A program made the translations under genes and the position numbers. This document shows, piece by piece, positions 38,525 through 48,676 of a DNA stretch of 64,000 nucleotides. Each line of letters starts with the position of its first letter. The first letter of the stretch is position 1. The stretch is from Rickettsiales bacterium (GTDB taxonomy: Bacteria; Pseudomonadota; Alphaproteobacteria; Rickettsiales; UBA1997): contig CANEVP010000001.1 in NCBI GenBank assembly GCA_947442475.1, positions 2,607 to 66,606 on the forward strand, read 5' to 3'. Under the pieces are notes generated by a model. The model made no database searches, was not told the origin of the DNA, and was given only the letters and a program-made list of their open reading frames with translations.

Positions 38525-39359
38525 TTAATCTTTGATTAATCCAACAAAATTTTCTTTGGTTACAACTTTTTTGCCGGTTTGTTTTTCTAAATTTTTTCTC
38601 GCATTGCCCGCAATTGTGCCGCCTTTTCGCGCCGAAACTTTATTTTCACCAAACCCACGAGAATCGGTGTTTCTAGCAATTTCAGTAGTTGCCGCTTCGC
38701 CAAGCATTGAAAAAATTAGTTCTAAATCATTCATAATTCATATGGTCGCGTAGATTTTCTCGTTTTAACCCTTTAAAATCCTTGTGTTGATTGGGTGTAA
38801 GGCCAAAAGTCGCTTTCGAGATTTCGGCGGTCAGAATTGAAAACTCGTTCGATTCTTTAACGCCTCGCTTTTTCCACTCTCCAGTTAACTCTTCGCGCAC
38901 CTGAATTCCGCGCATTCTTTTTTCTATCCAAGAATCTGGATAACCTTTGGCTTTATAAATTTCTCGGGTGCGTTTTTGGGCAAGTTCCGGGTTTTCAATT
39001 TCCTGAATTCGTTCAAAACCAACTTGAGCTAGCCACATTTTAAATGGCTCGGCTTTTGGCGAGGGGATTGATTGGATGATGCGCAGCATGGTCTGGGTGT
39101 TGGCGCAGTCTGTTTCTCTGAGTTTGTTGTCTTCAGCTAAAATTTTGAACTGTACGATTTTTTCGTACGGTTGAAATCCTTCTTTTTCCAACAAATTTTT
39201 TTTCAAATCAGCCCAATATCTTTTGGGAATGGTGCTCTCAGTTAAAGCTCCAACAACATCAATTACCGAAAACCACCATTCATATTGGTGAAAAATACGG
39301 CGGATTTTTTTGCTTTCAAAATTTAAGGAGGTGGCGACTGGAGGTGAGGATTTTGTCAT
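38525..39359 (-). pseudogene. Bro-N domain protein (phage antirepressor/DinD-like), disrupted by a 7-bp tandem duplication
   Basis: ORF 38727..39359 carries Bro-N (FESKKIRRIFHQYEWWFSVIDVVGAL) and ends ...RDHMNYE*. ORF 38525..38734 begins MNDLELIFSMLGEAATTEIA. The + strand reads attcata-attcata at 38729-38742, and removing one unit restores ...RDHMNDLELIF... Confidence 0.8.
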
Positions 39360-39433
39360 AAAGATGTGGTTAATCGTTATTGATGATGGGTGGAACAGGG
39401 TTTTTTAAAAAGCTATTTTTCATAACTTTTTTG

Positions 39434-40507
39434 TCAATTTTTAGTTCCGACAGCTTGGGAGATATTTTTAAATCCATCGTCAGCAATTTTTTGGCTGAGT
39501 TCTTTTTTAATTTTTTCAACCAGTCCAAAGCCTTGATAAATAAAGGCGGAATAGATTTGCACTAAGCTTGCGCCGCATTTGATTTTTTCGTAGGCATCTT
39601 CGCTTGAGGCAACTCCGCCAACGCCAATTAGTGGAATTTTTCCGCCTGTAAAGCGGTAGAAATTTTTTAGCATTTCGTTTGATTTAGCAAAAAGAGGTGC
39701 GCCGCTTAAACCTCCGATTTCTTTGGCGTGAGGGCTTTTTAGATTTAAGTCGCGGTCAATTGTGGTGTTGCTAATAATCATGCCGTCAATTTGGTTTTTT
39801 AAAACGGTGGTGGCGATTTTTTCTTGTTCTTCGGAGGTTAAATCGGGTGCAACTTTTAACAAAATCGGCGTATTTTTTTTGTGCAAAATTTGCAGCTGAT
39901 TTTTCTTTTTCATGATCTCGCTCAAAAATAAATCGAGCTGATTTTCATTTTGTAAATCACGCAAATTTTTGGTGTTGGGAGATGAAATATTTACTGTGAT
40001 ATATGCTGCGCTTTCATAAAACTTTTCAAGTAGTGGTAGATAGTCTAGAAGCGGGTCTTCAGTGTCTTTGTTCTTGCCGATATTAATGGCAAAAGGTGTG
40101 CGCATTTTTGCTGAAATTTGCGCCACATTTTGAGCAAAAACTTCGGCACCTAAATTGTTAAATCCTAAGCGATTAATAATTGCAGCATCTTCTTCAAGGC
40201 GAAAAATTCTTGGGGTCTCATTTCCTTTCTGCGCGAGTGGTGTTACCGTGCCACATTCAACAAAACCAAAACCAAATTTTTCTAATGTCAGAGCAATTTC
40301 AGCATTTTTATCAAAGCCTGCAGCCATGCCGATGGGATTAGTAAAATCAATGTCCCAAAGTTTAATGCGTAAATTTTCGTAATGGCGATTTAGGCAAAAA
40401 AGCGTCGCGGTTTTTGGACAAAATTTTAAAAAATTTATGGCAGCGTGATGGGCTTTTTCCGCATCAAGTTTGAAAATTAGGGGACGCAAAATTTGGTAAA
40501 AACTCAT
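39434..40507 (-). CDS. pyrD: Dihydroorotate dehydrogenase (quinone), class 2
   Basis: MSFYQILRPLIFKLDAEKAHH..., GFVECGTVTP, NISSPNT and GVGGVAS. Confidence 0.92.
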   Translation of the reverse strand: MSFYQILRPLIFKLDAEKAHHAAINFLKFCPKTATLFCLNRHYENLRIKLWDIDFTNPIGMAAGFDKNAEIALTLEKFGFGFVECGTVTPLAQKGNETPRIFRLEEDAAIINRLGFNNLGAEVFAQNVAQISAKMRTPFAINIGKNKDTEDPLLDYLPLLEKFYESAAYITVNISSPNTKNLRDLQNENQLDLFLSEIMKKKNQLQILHKKNTPILLKVAPDLTSEEQEKIATTVLKNQIDGMIISNTTIDRDLNLKSPHAKEIGGLSGAPLFAKSNEMLKNFYRFTGGKIPLIGVGGVASSEDAYEKIKCGASLVQIYSAFIYQGFGLVEKIKKELSQKIADDGFKNISQAVGTKN

Positions 40508-41178
40508 GAATTATTTTCGGTTTTTTTAGCGCCCAAAAGCAGTAAACTCGTGCTTACGGCTACTATGATTAAAATTACATCGGAAGAGCGTTTGAGTAGA
40601 AAATTGTCAGATAATTTATCTTTAAGGCGGGCTCTTTTGCGGTCATTCATTTCAAGGGCGATGTAAGTTGCGTCTGTCCATTCGCCTTCAAATTTTCTGC
40701 CTAAATAAAATTTTTTCACCGCAATGTGAACGGGGTGAGACGGCAGAATCATTGGGTTTTGCATGATTTCATTTTGCTTGGTGGTTTGTTTTTCGGCAAC
40801 AGTTTTGGAAATTTCTGGCAAATCTTTGGTGATTAAAAATAGCGCTAAAAAAATCGTTGTGACAATTACGCAGACTAGCGGAATGAAAAGTAGTAACAGC
40901 TTGGAACGCTTGATTTTCGTGGTTTCGTTGCCGGCGAGATAAATTGGGTTGTAATTTGAAACCAAAAATAAAATCACCATCGAATAGATGATTAGAGCCA
41001 GAACAATCTCTTTAAACGAGTTGTAGTTGGAAATCGACAAGCTGAAAAAAAGCACCGCGATTAAGTGGGAAATGATTAATCCGGTGACAATTGTAGTGCG
41101 GGTTTTGATCGCAAATAGAATCAAAAAGTTAATCGCGATGAAAGCGAGTATGGTGAGGAATTTTGCATCAAAGAGCAT
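40504..41178 (-). CDS. Hypothetical polytopic membrane protein
   Basis: About 5 hydrophobic helices. Tightly packed between dapD and pyrD (1-nt and 4-nt overlaps). No domain recognised. Confidence 0.5.
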   Translation of the reverse strand: MLFDAKFLTILAFIAINFLILFAIKTRTTIVTGLIISHLIAVLFFSLSISNYNSFKEIVLALIIYSMVILFLVSNYNPIYLAGNETTKIKRSKLLLLFIPLVCVIVTTIFLALFLITKDLPEISKTVAEKQTTKQNEIMQNPMILPSHPVHIAVKKFYLGRKFEGEWTDATYIALEMNDRKRARLKDKLSDNFLLKRSSDVILIIVAVSTSLLLLGAKKTENNS

Positions 41179-42017
41179 TAATCCCTCAGCAACTCATTCA
41201 CCGAAGTTTTTGAGCGAGTTTTTTCATCAACTTTTTTCACGATTACGGCAGCGTAAAGCGAAACATTTTTGTCGCCTTTAGTTGAAGCGATGTTGCCGGG
41301 AACTACGACTGAGTAAGCAGGAACGCGACCGTAAAAAATTTCACCGCTTTCGCGATCAATAATTTTTGTTGAAGCGCCAATATAAACGCCCATCGAAATT
41401 ACCGAACCTTTTTCAACAATAACACCCTCAGCAATTTCAGAGCGCGCGCCGATGAAGCAATCATCTTCAATAATTACCGGATTAGCTTGCAGAGGCTCAA
41501 GAACGCCGCCAATTCCAGCGCCTCCCGAGATGTGGCAATTTTTACCAATTTGCGCGCAAGAGCCAACCGTTGCCCAAGCATCAATCATGCTTCCTTCATC
41601 AACGTAAGCGCCGAGATTTACGAAAGATGGAAGCAGAACTACGTTTTTGGCAATAAATGCTGAGTGGCGCACGACTGCTCCAGGAACCGCGCGAAACCCC
41701 GCTTTGCGAAAATCTTCTTCACCCCAATTAGCAAATTTCAAAGGCACTTTATCGAAATAACTAAGAGCGTTGCCGCTTACCGCATCTTGCTTGCTTAAGA
41801 AATTATCATTGAGTCTGAAAGAAAGCAGAATTGCTTTTTTGATCCATTGATTAACTTGCCAAGCGCCATCTTTTTTCTCGCAAATTCTGATTTGTCCGGC
41901 ATCGAGCGCGGCCAGAGTTTGATTGACTGCATCGCGTATTTCGCCTTGCGTGGTTAAATTAATTTCAGCTCTTTTTTCAAAAGCGTTTTCAATGATTTGA
42001 GAGATGTTATTTGTCAT
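41178..42017 (-). CDS. dapD: 2,3,4,5-tetrahydropyridine-2,6-dicarboxylate N-succinyltransferase DapD
   Basis: Hexapeptide-repeat region ([40 protein letters not shown]). I prefer the ATG at 42017 ([16 protein letters not shown]) because the track start would overlap the hemY-like gene. Confidence 0.88.
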   Translation of the reverse strand: MTNNISQIIENAFEKRAEINLTTQGEIRDAVNQTLAALDAGQIRICEKKDGAWQVNQWIKKAILLSFRLNDNFLSKQDAVSGNALSYFDKVPLKFANWGEEDFRKAGFRAVPGAVVRHSAFIAKNVVLLPSFVNLGAYVDEGSMIDAWATVGSCAQIGKNCHISGGAGIGGVLEPLQANPVIIEDDCFIGARSEIAEGVIVEKGSVISMGVYIGASTKIIDRESGEIFYGRVPAYSVVVPGNIASTKGDKNVSLYAAVIVKKVDEKTRSKTSVNELLRD

Positions 42018-42031
42018 GATTTTTAGATAAT

Positions 42032-43342
42032 TTAAGAGTTCCATTCTAGCGAATCGTAAGAGTCGCAAGAAGTGCATTTGGCGCTCCATTTCGAACTTAA
42101 ATGGAAGCAAGAATTGCAAAGATAATGATCGTCTTTGCTAAGCATTTCTGATTTGATCAGATTTTTTTTACAATCGAGGTCATTGCCCAAAGCCTTGTCT
42201 GCAAAGGCTAAAAGCTTGTAAGCGCGATAAGTTTTTTCTTGGAGAAGTGATAGATTGAGATAATCTTTGGCGATTTGAAAAGAGCCAGATCGGAAAGCAA
42301 CAATGCCAACTGCCAGCTTTCCCAAAGCTGATTCTTTATTTAAATCAGCCAGTTTTTTCATCGATTTAATGCGCGATTTTGCCGAAGATTTGCGATTAAT
42401 TAAGTCAAAAATTTCCGCAAAAATTATATGCGGATTGGTGCGCCACAAAGATTTTATTTTCCAACTTACTTTGAAAGTGAAGCCAAGTTTTAACCAAGAT
42501 TTTAAGACAATTTCTTGTGCTGGTAAAAAATTATTTTCGGCTTTAAGTGCGATGTTCGAATGTTTGATCGCCAATAAAAATTTCTTTTGTTGATAGGCTT
42601 CAAAAGCCAAGGCGGTGTTGATTACGGCCATGTCGCGCTTTTGCAATTCATCCTTAAATTGTTCTGAGCCGTACTCAGAAATTAAAGCCTTCGCATCTTG
42701 CCAAAGCCCGCGTTTTTTATAGAGGGCAAATAAAGTTGTCGCGGTTTCAAAACTGTCGCGTTTTACCAATAAAATTTGTTTGGCGTAGGCAATCGCAGTG
42801 ATTTCATCTTGGTTTTGTAAAGCCAATTTGAACTTCGATTTTAGCACCAAGACTTTGGCATGTTTATTTTCGCCGAATTTTGCGAATAAATCGGCAGACT
42901 TAGAAAACTCTTGCTCTTGAAAGGCGAGCTTGCCCAAGAAAAAATTATTTAGCGGCGGGTTTTTAATTAATTTGGCGAATTTTTTTTGCAAATCGGCGGC
43001 AGATTTTTTATCAGCAACTTCCAGCGCCAACATCAATTGTGTCATGATATCAAAGGCTTGGTGGTGACGCGCCACTAATTTTTCTAAGCGTTTTGTGTGA
43101 CTTTTTTTGAAAAGAATCTTTAAGAGATTGGGAAATTTTATCGCCAAAATTCTCGCCAAAATGTAGGAGAAGGCAAAAATCATTAAGGCACAAAAAACCG
43201 CGATTAGAATCGCAGTTAGAATGTCGGTGTTTGCCTCATATCCCAGCCAAGTGATAATGACGGTGCCATTGTGATCAAGCAGCCAAACTAGAGAGATGGC
43301 GATCGACGAAGCGATGAATAAAAACCATAAAATTGCAAACAT
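42032..43342 (-). CDS. HemY-like TPR membrane protein with C-terminal Cys4 ribbon
   Basis: HemY_N-like two-TM N-terminus, TPR-like body, and C-terminal [20 protein letters not shown]. Confidence 0.7.
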   Translation of the reverse strand: MFAILWFLFIASSIAISLVWLLDHNGTVIITWLGYEANTDILTAILIAVFCALMIFAFSYILARILAIKFPNLLKILFKKSHTKRLEKLVARHHQAFDIMTQLMLALEVADKKSAADLQKKFAKLIKNPPLNNFFLGKLAFQEQEFSKSADLFAKFGENKHAKVLVLKSKFKLALQNQDEITAIAYAKQILLVKRDSFETATTLFALYKKRGLWQDAKALISEYGSEQFKDELQKRDMAVINTALAFEAYQQKKFLLAIKHSNIALKAENNFLPAQEIVLKSWLKLGFTFKVSWKIKSLWRTNPHIIFAEIFDLINRKSSAKSRIKSMKKLADLNKESALGKLAVGIVAFRSGSFQIAKDYLNLSLLQEKTYRAYKLLAFADKALGNDLDCKKNLIKSEMLSKDDHYLCNSCFHLSSKWSAKCTSCDSYDSLEWNS

Positions 43343-43468
43343 ATTATACCAAATCTAAATCTTCATTGATACCAAACTGATTTGGTATATGGGGTTCCCC
43401 GCAAAGTGGGGCGCGGCTTATGCCGCGATAAAATTAATTAGACTTAATCTAAAGAATTTAGACTAAGT

Positions 43469-44374
43469 CTAGGTGAGGCTTTTTAGGTAATTTAAAATTT
43501 CAGAATCGAGTTTCTGCACTTCAATTGCGATGCTTAAATCATTTAAGAAATCGGCAACAATTTCGTGATAGCTTGGGTCGAGCGAAAGCATATAATTCAT
43601 TGCTTCTTGGTAGTTTTTTTCTTTCAAAAATTTCTCGGTGTGAAAAATTGTTGAATCGATTTCACCGGTATTTTTGCCATCAATTTTTCTGATGATTACG
43701 AGATTGGCGATATTACGACGAATTTTAGAAAGTAGAGTTGGATTTGGGGTGTTATTTTTGGTAGAGATGAGTTCAGGAATTAGATCGGCAAAGGATTTGC
43801 TGAGTTTTTCTTGGTTAGAAAATTCAGGTAGAACCTCTTTTAATTTGGCAACTTTTGTTTGCAGATTTTCGTCTAGTGCTATCAAAATTTCGAAACTTTT
43901 GAGAGCGCTATCGTAAGATTTGCCAGCGAAAATTTCTTGGCGTAATTCGACATAAACTAAAATCATTTTTCCGATTCTTTCCTGATTTTTATATTTAGTC
44001 AGTTCACCCTTAATTTCCTGAATTTGCGCTTTTAAATCAGTGATTTGCACCTGATTTTTTAGCAGCATGTGATAGATAAATTCTGCGCCTTTTTCTCTTA
44101 ATTCATTGGCGCCAATGTCGGCCAAATTCTCATCTTTTTGGGCATCGTGGTCACCAGATAAATCAAAAATCTCACTTTCAACATTATCGAATTTTTGGAC
44201 TTCATTTTGGGCTTGAAGTTTTTTGGCGATGCCTTCTTTCCAATAGTTTACGCCAAGATAGCCGAAGAAAATCAGTGACAAAAAAATAACAAACTTGGTG
44301 ATAAATTTTTGTTTTTTTCGGGCTGCGATTTCTGTTTTATTTTTTTGATTTTGTTCGACGGGAACTTCAGTCAT
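43469..44374 (-). CDS. Alphaproteobacterial Mic60 (mitofilin)-like / HemX-like membrane-anchored coiled-coil protein
   Basis: One N-terminal TM (FVIFLSLIFFGYLGV), a coiled-coil middle, and a C-terminal segment LVIIRKIDG...EKFLKEKNYQEAMNYMLSL...FLNDLSIAIEVQKL resembling a mitofilin domain. It sits between hemD and a hemY-like gene, the reported alphaMic60 synteny. Confidence 0.6.
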   Translation of the reverse strand: MTEVPVEQNQKNKTEIAARKKQKFITKFVIFLSLIFFGYLGVNYWKEGIAKKLQAQNEVQKFDNVESEIFDLSGDHDAQKDENLADIGANELREKGAEFIYHMLLKNQVQITDLKAQIQEIKGELTKYKNQERIGKMILVYVELRQEIFAGKSYDSALKSFEILIALDENLQTKVAKLKEVLPEFSNQEKLSKSFADLIPELISTKNNTPNPTLLSKIRRNIANLVIIRKIDGKNTGEIDSTIFHTEKFLKEKNYQEAMNYMLSLDPSYHEIVADFLNDLSIAIEVQKLDSEILNYLKSLT

Positions 44375-45065
44375 AAAATTTTTTTAAAATTGGGAATTCT
44401 GCAAAAGTTGAGGAATTGGTGAATCCAAATTTTTTCACGCAATCAAGAATTTTCTCGCTTAAACACAATATTTGCGAGGTCGCAAAATATTCAAGCAGAT
44501 TGTGTCGCGCCGCTAATTTAAAAAATATTTGCGCGGAATTTTGGGAGAAGAGCAAAACTTGGTCGAAAGTTTTTTGCTGAGAGATTTTTAGAAATTCGGT
44601 TGAGAAATTTTCTACCGCAAAAGTTTTGTAAGCTAAAATATTGGTTACACTGAGGTCGTATTTTTGTAACTCGTTTTGAAAATCTAAAGTGACGGTCGAT
44701 CCATGAAAATAAAGAATCTCGAGGGATTTGTTCGCAGTTTTAGCAATTAAATTTTTGAGAGATTCTGCGGAATTTTCGGGTGCCGTAACAATATTGATGA
44801 ATCCATGAGCGATTAATTTTTTGGCAGTTTTTTTTCCGACAGAGAAAATTTTTACATCTTTAGAAAATCCAAAATCAATTACAGCGTCGCAAGCATTGGC
44901 ACTGGTGATAATTACGGCAGAGATTTTGTTTTGGTTTTTTTGGGTAACCAGGTTCTTTTTCACCGCAAAAAGTGGCTCAATAAATGTGGCAAATCCGGCT
45001 TTTTCTAGAAGCTCTGCTAAATCATGTGAATGCTCGTGCGGTCTGGTTAAAAGGATGTTTTTCAT
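44367..45065 (-). CDS. hemD: Uroporphyrinogen-III synthase HemD
   Basis: 232 aa with the MKNILLTRPHEHS...IITSANA pattern, in synteny with the hemY-like gene. Confidence 0.75.
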   Translation of the reverse strand: MKNILLTRPHEHSHDLAELLEKAGFATFIEPLFAVKKNLVTQKNQNKISAVIITSANACDAVIDFGFSKDVKIFSVGKKTAKKLIAHGFINIVTAPENSAESLKNLIAKTANKSLEILYFHGSTVTLDFQNELQKYDLSVTNILAYKTFAVENFSTEFLKISQQKTFDQVLLFSQNSAQIFFKLAARHNLLEYFATSQILCLSEKILDCVKKFGFTNSSTFAEFPILKKFYD

Positions 45066-45162
45066 TTAAGTTATTGCCAAGTTAAAATCGAAATTTATTG
45101 TGCGCCGCCTCTTCTCAGATTTGTGCCACCAAAACAATTTCAATTTCAAATCAAACTTACAA

Positions 45163-46350
45163 ATGAATATCCACGAATATCAGGCTAAAACCCTGTTAAA
45201 AAAATTCGGCGTTGTTGTGCCTGAAGGTCACCCTGCATTTTCAGTTCCTGAAGCTGTTGAAGCTGCAAAAGCTTTAGAAGCAGCTGGTCACAAAGTTTTT
45301 GTTGTAAAAGCACAAATTCATGCCGGCGGTCGCGGTAAAGCTGGCGGTGTTAAAGTTGTTAAAACAGTTGAAGAAGTTAAAGAAAAGGCCTCACAAATTT
45401 TGGGAATGACTTTGGTTACTCCACAAACCGGCCCTGAAGGAAAATTGGTTAGAAGGCTTTACATCGAAGCTGGATCAAACATCAAAAAAGAATATTACTT
45501 ATCTGCTGTTGTTGATCGCAAAGCTAAATCGATCGTTTTCATGGCTTCAACTGAAGGTGGCATGGAAATCGAAGAAGTTGCTGAGCATCACCCAGAAAAA
45601 ATCATCTCAGTTAAAATTGACGTAGCTGCTGGCATTCAAGCTTTTCATGCCCGCAAAATGGGTTTTGCTTTGGGATTGACCGGAGAAACTTTGAAAAAAT
45701 TCTCAAAAGTGGTTTTTGCACTTTATAAAGCTTTCAACGAAACCGATGCTTCACAAATGGAAATCAATCCATTGGTTGAAACTGTTGAAGGTGAAATCGT
45801 TGTTTTGGATGCGAAAATTAATTTCGATGACAATGCAATGCATCGTCATGACGAACTCAAAGTATTGCGTGATTTGGATGAAGAAGAGCCACTTGAAATT
45901 GAAGCTTCAAAATATGATCTAAGCTACATCAAAATGGACGGCAAAATCGGATGCATGGTTAACGGTGCCGGACTTGCAATGGCTACAATGGATATCATTC
46001 AACTTTTCGGATCTTCTCCAGCTAACTTCCTTGACGTTGGGGGAGGTGCTACTCGCGAAAAAGTTACTGCGGCCTTCAAAATCATTCTTTCTGATCCAAA
46101 CGTAAAAGGAATTTTGGTGAACATTTTCGGCGGCATCATGCGTTGCGATATTATCGCTAACGGCATCATTGAAGCAGCTAAAGAAGTTCATTTGAGTGTT
46201 CCTTTGGTAGTTCGTCTTGAAGGAACTAACGTTGAATTGGGCAAAGAAATCATTGCCAAATCAGGACTTGCCGTGACCTCAGCTGACGATTTGTCAGATG
46301 CTGCTCAAAAAATTGTTAAAGCGGTAAAAGACGCCGAAATTTCAAACTAA
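45163..46350 (+). CDS. sucC: Succinate--CoA ligase (ADP-forming) beta subunit
   Basis: [17 protein letters not shown]... and [13 protein letters not shown]. Start reset to 45163. Confidence 0.95.
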   Translation: MNIHEYQAKTLLKKFGVVVPEGHPAFSVPEAVEAAKALEAAGHKVFVVKAQIHAGGRGKAGGVKVVKTVEEVKEKASQILGMTLVTPQTGPEGKLVRRLYIEAGSNIKKEYYLSAVVDRKAKSIVFMASTEGGMEIEEVAEHHPEKIISVKIDVAAGIQAFHARKMGFALGLTGETLKKFSKVVFALYKAFNETDASQMEINPLVETVEGEIVVLDAKINFDDNAMHRHDELKVLRDLDEEEPLEIEASKYDLSYIKMDGKIGCMVNGAGLAMATMDIIQLFGSSPANFLDVGGGATREKVTAAFKIILSDPNVKGILVNIFGGIMRCDIIANGIIEAAKEVHLSVPLVVRLEGTNVELGKEIIAKSGLAVTSADDLSDAAQKIVKAVKDAEISN

Positions 46351-46362
46351 TTTTAAAATCTA

Positions 46363-47247
46363 ATGTCAGTTTTAATTAACAAAAATACCAAAGTAATTTG
46401 CCAAGGATTCACTGGAGCCCAAGGTACTTTTCACTCTGAACAAGCAATCGTTTACGGAACAAAAATGGTTGGTGGCGTTACGCCAGGCAAAGGTGGCACT
46501 AACCACTTAGCTTTACCAGTTTTCGACACTGTTTATGACGCTAAAAGAAAAACTGATTGTAATGCATCGGTAATCTACGTTCCGCCATCATTTGCTGCTG
46601 ATGCTATTTTGGAAGCAATCGAATCAGAAATTGAATTGATTATCTGCATCACTGAAGGCATCCCTGTCTTAGACATGGTTAAGGTTAGAAAAGCTCTAGT
46701 TGGCTCTAAATCAAGATTGGTTGGACCAAACTGCCCAGGCGTTATCACTCCGAATGAATGCAAAATCGGCATCATGCCTGGCCACATCCACAAAAAAGGA
46801 TCAATCGGTATTGTTTCTCGTTCAGGAACTTTAACTTATGAGGCAGTGCACCAAACAACCAGAGTGGGTTTGGGACAAACTACTTGTATCGGCATTGGTG
46901 GAGATCCGGTTAACGGAACTAACTTCATCGATTGCTTAGACATGTTCTTGTCTGACCCTGAAACTCAAGCCATGATCATGATTGGTGAAATCGGCGGGAC
47001 TGATGAAGAAGAAGCTGCAGAATTTTTGAGACTTGAAGCTAAGAAAGGTCGTAGCAAACCAACTGTTGGTTTCATCGCGGGACGCACTGCTCCAGAAGGA
47101 CGCAGAATGGGCCACGCTGGTGCGATTATTTCTGGTGGAAAAGGTGGCGCACAAGGTAAAATTGACGCCATGAAAGAAGCTGGCGTTGTTGTGGCTGATA
47201 GCCCTGCAGCTCTCGGTCAAACAATGCTAGAATTGCTAAAAAAATAA
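46363..47247 (+). CDS. sucD: Succinate--CoA ligase alpha subunit
   Basis: [23 protein letters not shown] and GHAGAII (active-site His). Confidence 0.95.
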   Translation: MSVLINKNTKVICQGFTGAQGTFHSEQAIVYGTKMVGGVTPGKGGTNHLALPVFDTVYDAKRKTDCNASVIYVPPSFAADAILEAIESEIELIICITEGIPVLDMVKVRKALVGSKSRLVGPNCPGVITPNECKIGIMPGHIHKKGSIGIVSRSGTLTYEAVHQTTRVGLGQTTCIGIGGDPVNGTNFIDCLDMFLSDPETQAMIMIGEIGGTDEEEAAEFLRLEAKKGRSKPTVGFIAGRTAPEGRRMGHAGAIISGGKGGAQGKIDAMKEAGVVVADSPAALGQTMLELLKK

Positions 47248-47275
47248 CCCTCTTTTCAACCACAAAGGAAAAATT

Positions 47276-48334
47276 ATGAGCGATCGTAAAAAAGCGTTAG
47301 ACGCAGCATTAGCCCAAATCGATAAAGAATTCGGTAAGGGATCAGCAATGAAATTCGGTTCTAGACCGGTAACTGATATTGAGGTTATTCCAAGCGGATC
47401 ACTTTCTCTAGACATCGCTCTTGGTGTTGGCGGATATCCGCGCGGCAGAATCATCGAAATCTACGGACCAGAATCTTCAGGAAAAACCACGCTAACTTTG
47501 CACGCAATTGCGGAAGCTCAGCGCGCAGGTCTATCTTGTGCATTTATTGACGCCGAACATGCTTTTGATCCAGCTTACGCTAAAAATCTTGGCATCGACT
47601 TAGAAGAACTAATCATTTCTCAGCCAGATAATGGCGAAGCAGCGCTTGAAATTGCTGACACTTTAATTCGCTCTGGAGCTGTTGATTTAGTTGTTGTCGA
47701 TTCAGTTGCAGCACTAGTTCCGCAAGTTGAGCTTGAAGGCGGCATGGGCGACAATCAAATGGGTTTACAAGCTAGATTGATGAGTAAAGCTTTAAGAAAG
47801 CTTACCGCGACAGTTTCTAAAACCAGTTCAACCATCATTTTCATTAATCAAATCAGAATGAAAATTGGCGTGATGTTTGGCTCTCCAGAAACTACATCGG
47901 GTGGCAACTCACTAAAATTCTACGCATCAGTGCGCCTTGATATTCGCAGAGGAACTGCCATCAAAGACCAAGAAGAAGTTTTGGGTAACGAAACCAAAGT
48001 TAAAGTTGTAAAAAACAAAGTTGCTCCACCTTTCAAAATTGCTGATTTTGAAATTATATACGGCGAAGGCGTTTCTCGTTTAGGTGAAGTTATTGATTTG
48101 GCAGTGAAAAACGAAGTTCTTGAGAAATCAGGATCTTGGTATGCTTACAAAGGAAATAAAATCGGACAAGGTAAAGAAAACACAAAAAATTACCTGAAAG
48201 AAAATCCAAAAATTGCTGACGAGTTAGAAAATTTAGTTCGTGAGAAACTTGGTGTTGCTAAACGAAAAAAAGCTGCTGTAAAAGAAGAGGCTAGAGAAAA
48301 AAAGAGCAAAGCAGAAGCTGCTTCAGACAAATAG
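47276..48334 (+). CDS. recA: Recombinase RecA
   Basis: [27 protein letters not shown], and [10 protein letters not shown]. 352 aa. Confidence 0.97.
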   Translation: MSDRKKALDAALAQIDKEFGKGSAMKFGSRPVTDIEVIPSGSLSLDIALGVGGYPRGRIIEIYGPESSGKTTLTLHAIAEAQRAGLSCAFIDAEHAFDPAYAKNLGIDLEELIISQPDNGEAALEIADTLIRSGAVDLVVVDSVAALVPQVELEGGMGDNQMGLQARLMSKALRKLTATVSKTSSTIIFINQIRMKIGVMFGSPETTSGGNSLKFYASVRLDIRRGTAIKDQEEVLGNETKVKVVKNKVAPPFKIADFEIIYGEGVSRLGEVIDLAVKNEVLEKSGSWYAYKGNKIGQGKENTKNYLKENPKIADELENLVREKLGVAKRKKAAVKEEAREKKSKAEAASDK

Positions 48335-48343
48335 AATTTTGAA

Positions 48344-48379
48344 AAGCTTGGGGTGTTAAATCCTCAAGCTTTTTATTTT
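48344..48379 (+). terminator. Rho-independent terminator after recA
   Basis: aagcttgggg-tgttaaat-cctcaagctt followed by tttttatttt. Confidence 0.7.
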
Positions 48380-48544
48380 AATGCACTTTAGCTCAATTGG
48401 GTTTGAGTGTTAAGAAAACAGCCTCAACGGCTGTTTTTAGCGAGAAAGGACAAAGGCTGCGCCTCACGACCCAGCGCTAGTTGTCTTCGAATCAAGATTA
48501 CTTGGTGAGAAAAGCGACGAAGCGCGTTACCAAATTACAAATAT

Positions 48545-48621
48545 GCACCCGTAGCTCAATTGGATAGAGCACCTGACTACGGATCAGGAGGTTAGGAGTT
48601 CGAATCTCTTCGGGTGCACCA
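48545..48621 (+). tRNA. tRNA-Arg (anticodon ACG)
   Basis: GCACCCGTAGCTCAATTGGATAGAGCACCTGACTACGGATCAGGAGGTTAGGAGTTCGAATCTCTTCGGGTGCACCA. Anticodon loop is CTACGGA. Confidence 0.92.
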
Positions 48622-48676
48622 TTCTTAAGCAAGTGTTCCTAAAGTAATAAAACCTCCCCAACTAACCAAGCTTACC

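Noticed and set aside
42018-42119. Long start for dapD. Similar long starts occur for sucC (45100), kdsB (35871), sucB (55336) and the HisZ-like gene (11528).
   Set aside because: The extensions overlap upstream genes or use non-ATG codons. The conserved family N-termini begin at the internal ATGs.
35872-48621. Integrative element or prophage at tRNA-Lys, tRNA-Arg or the tRNA-Tyr/Gly cluster
   Set aside because: No integrase, excisionase or 3'-end tRNA direct repeats were seen. The flanking genes are housekeeping, apart from the degraded Bro-N gene.
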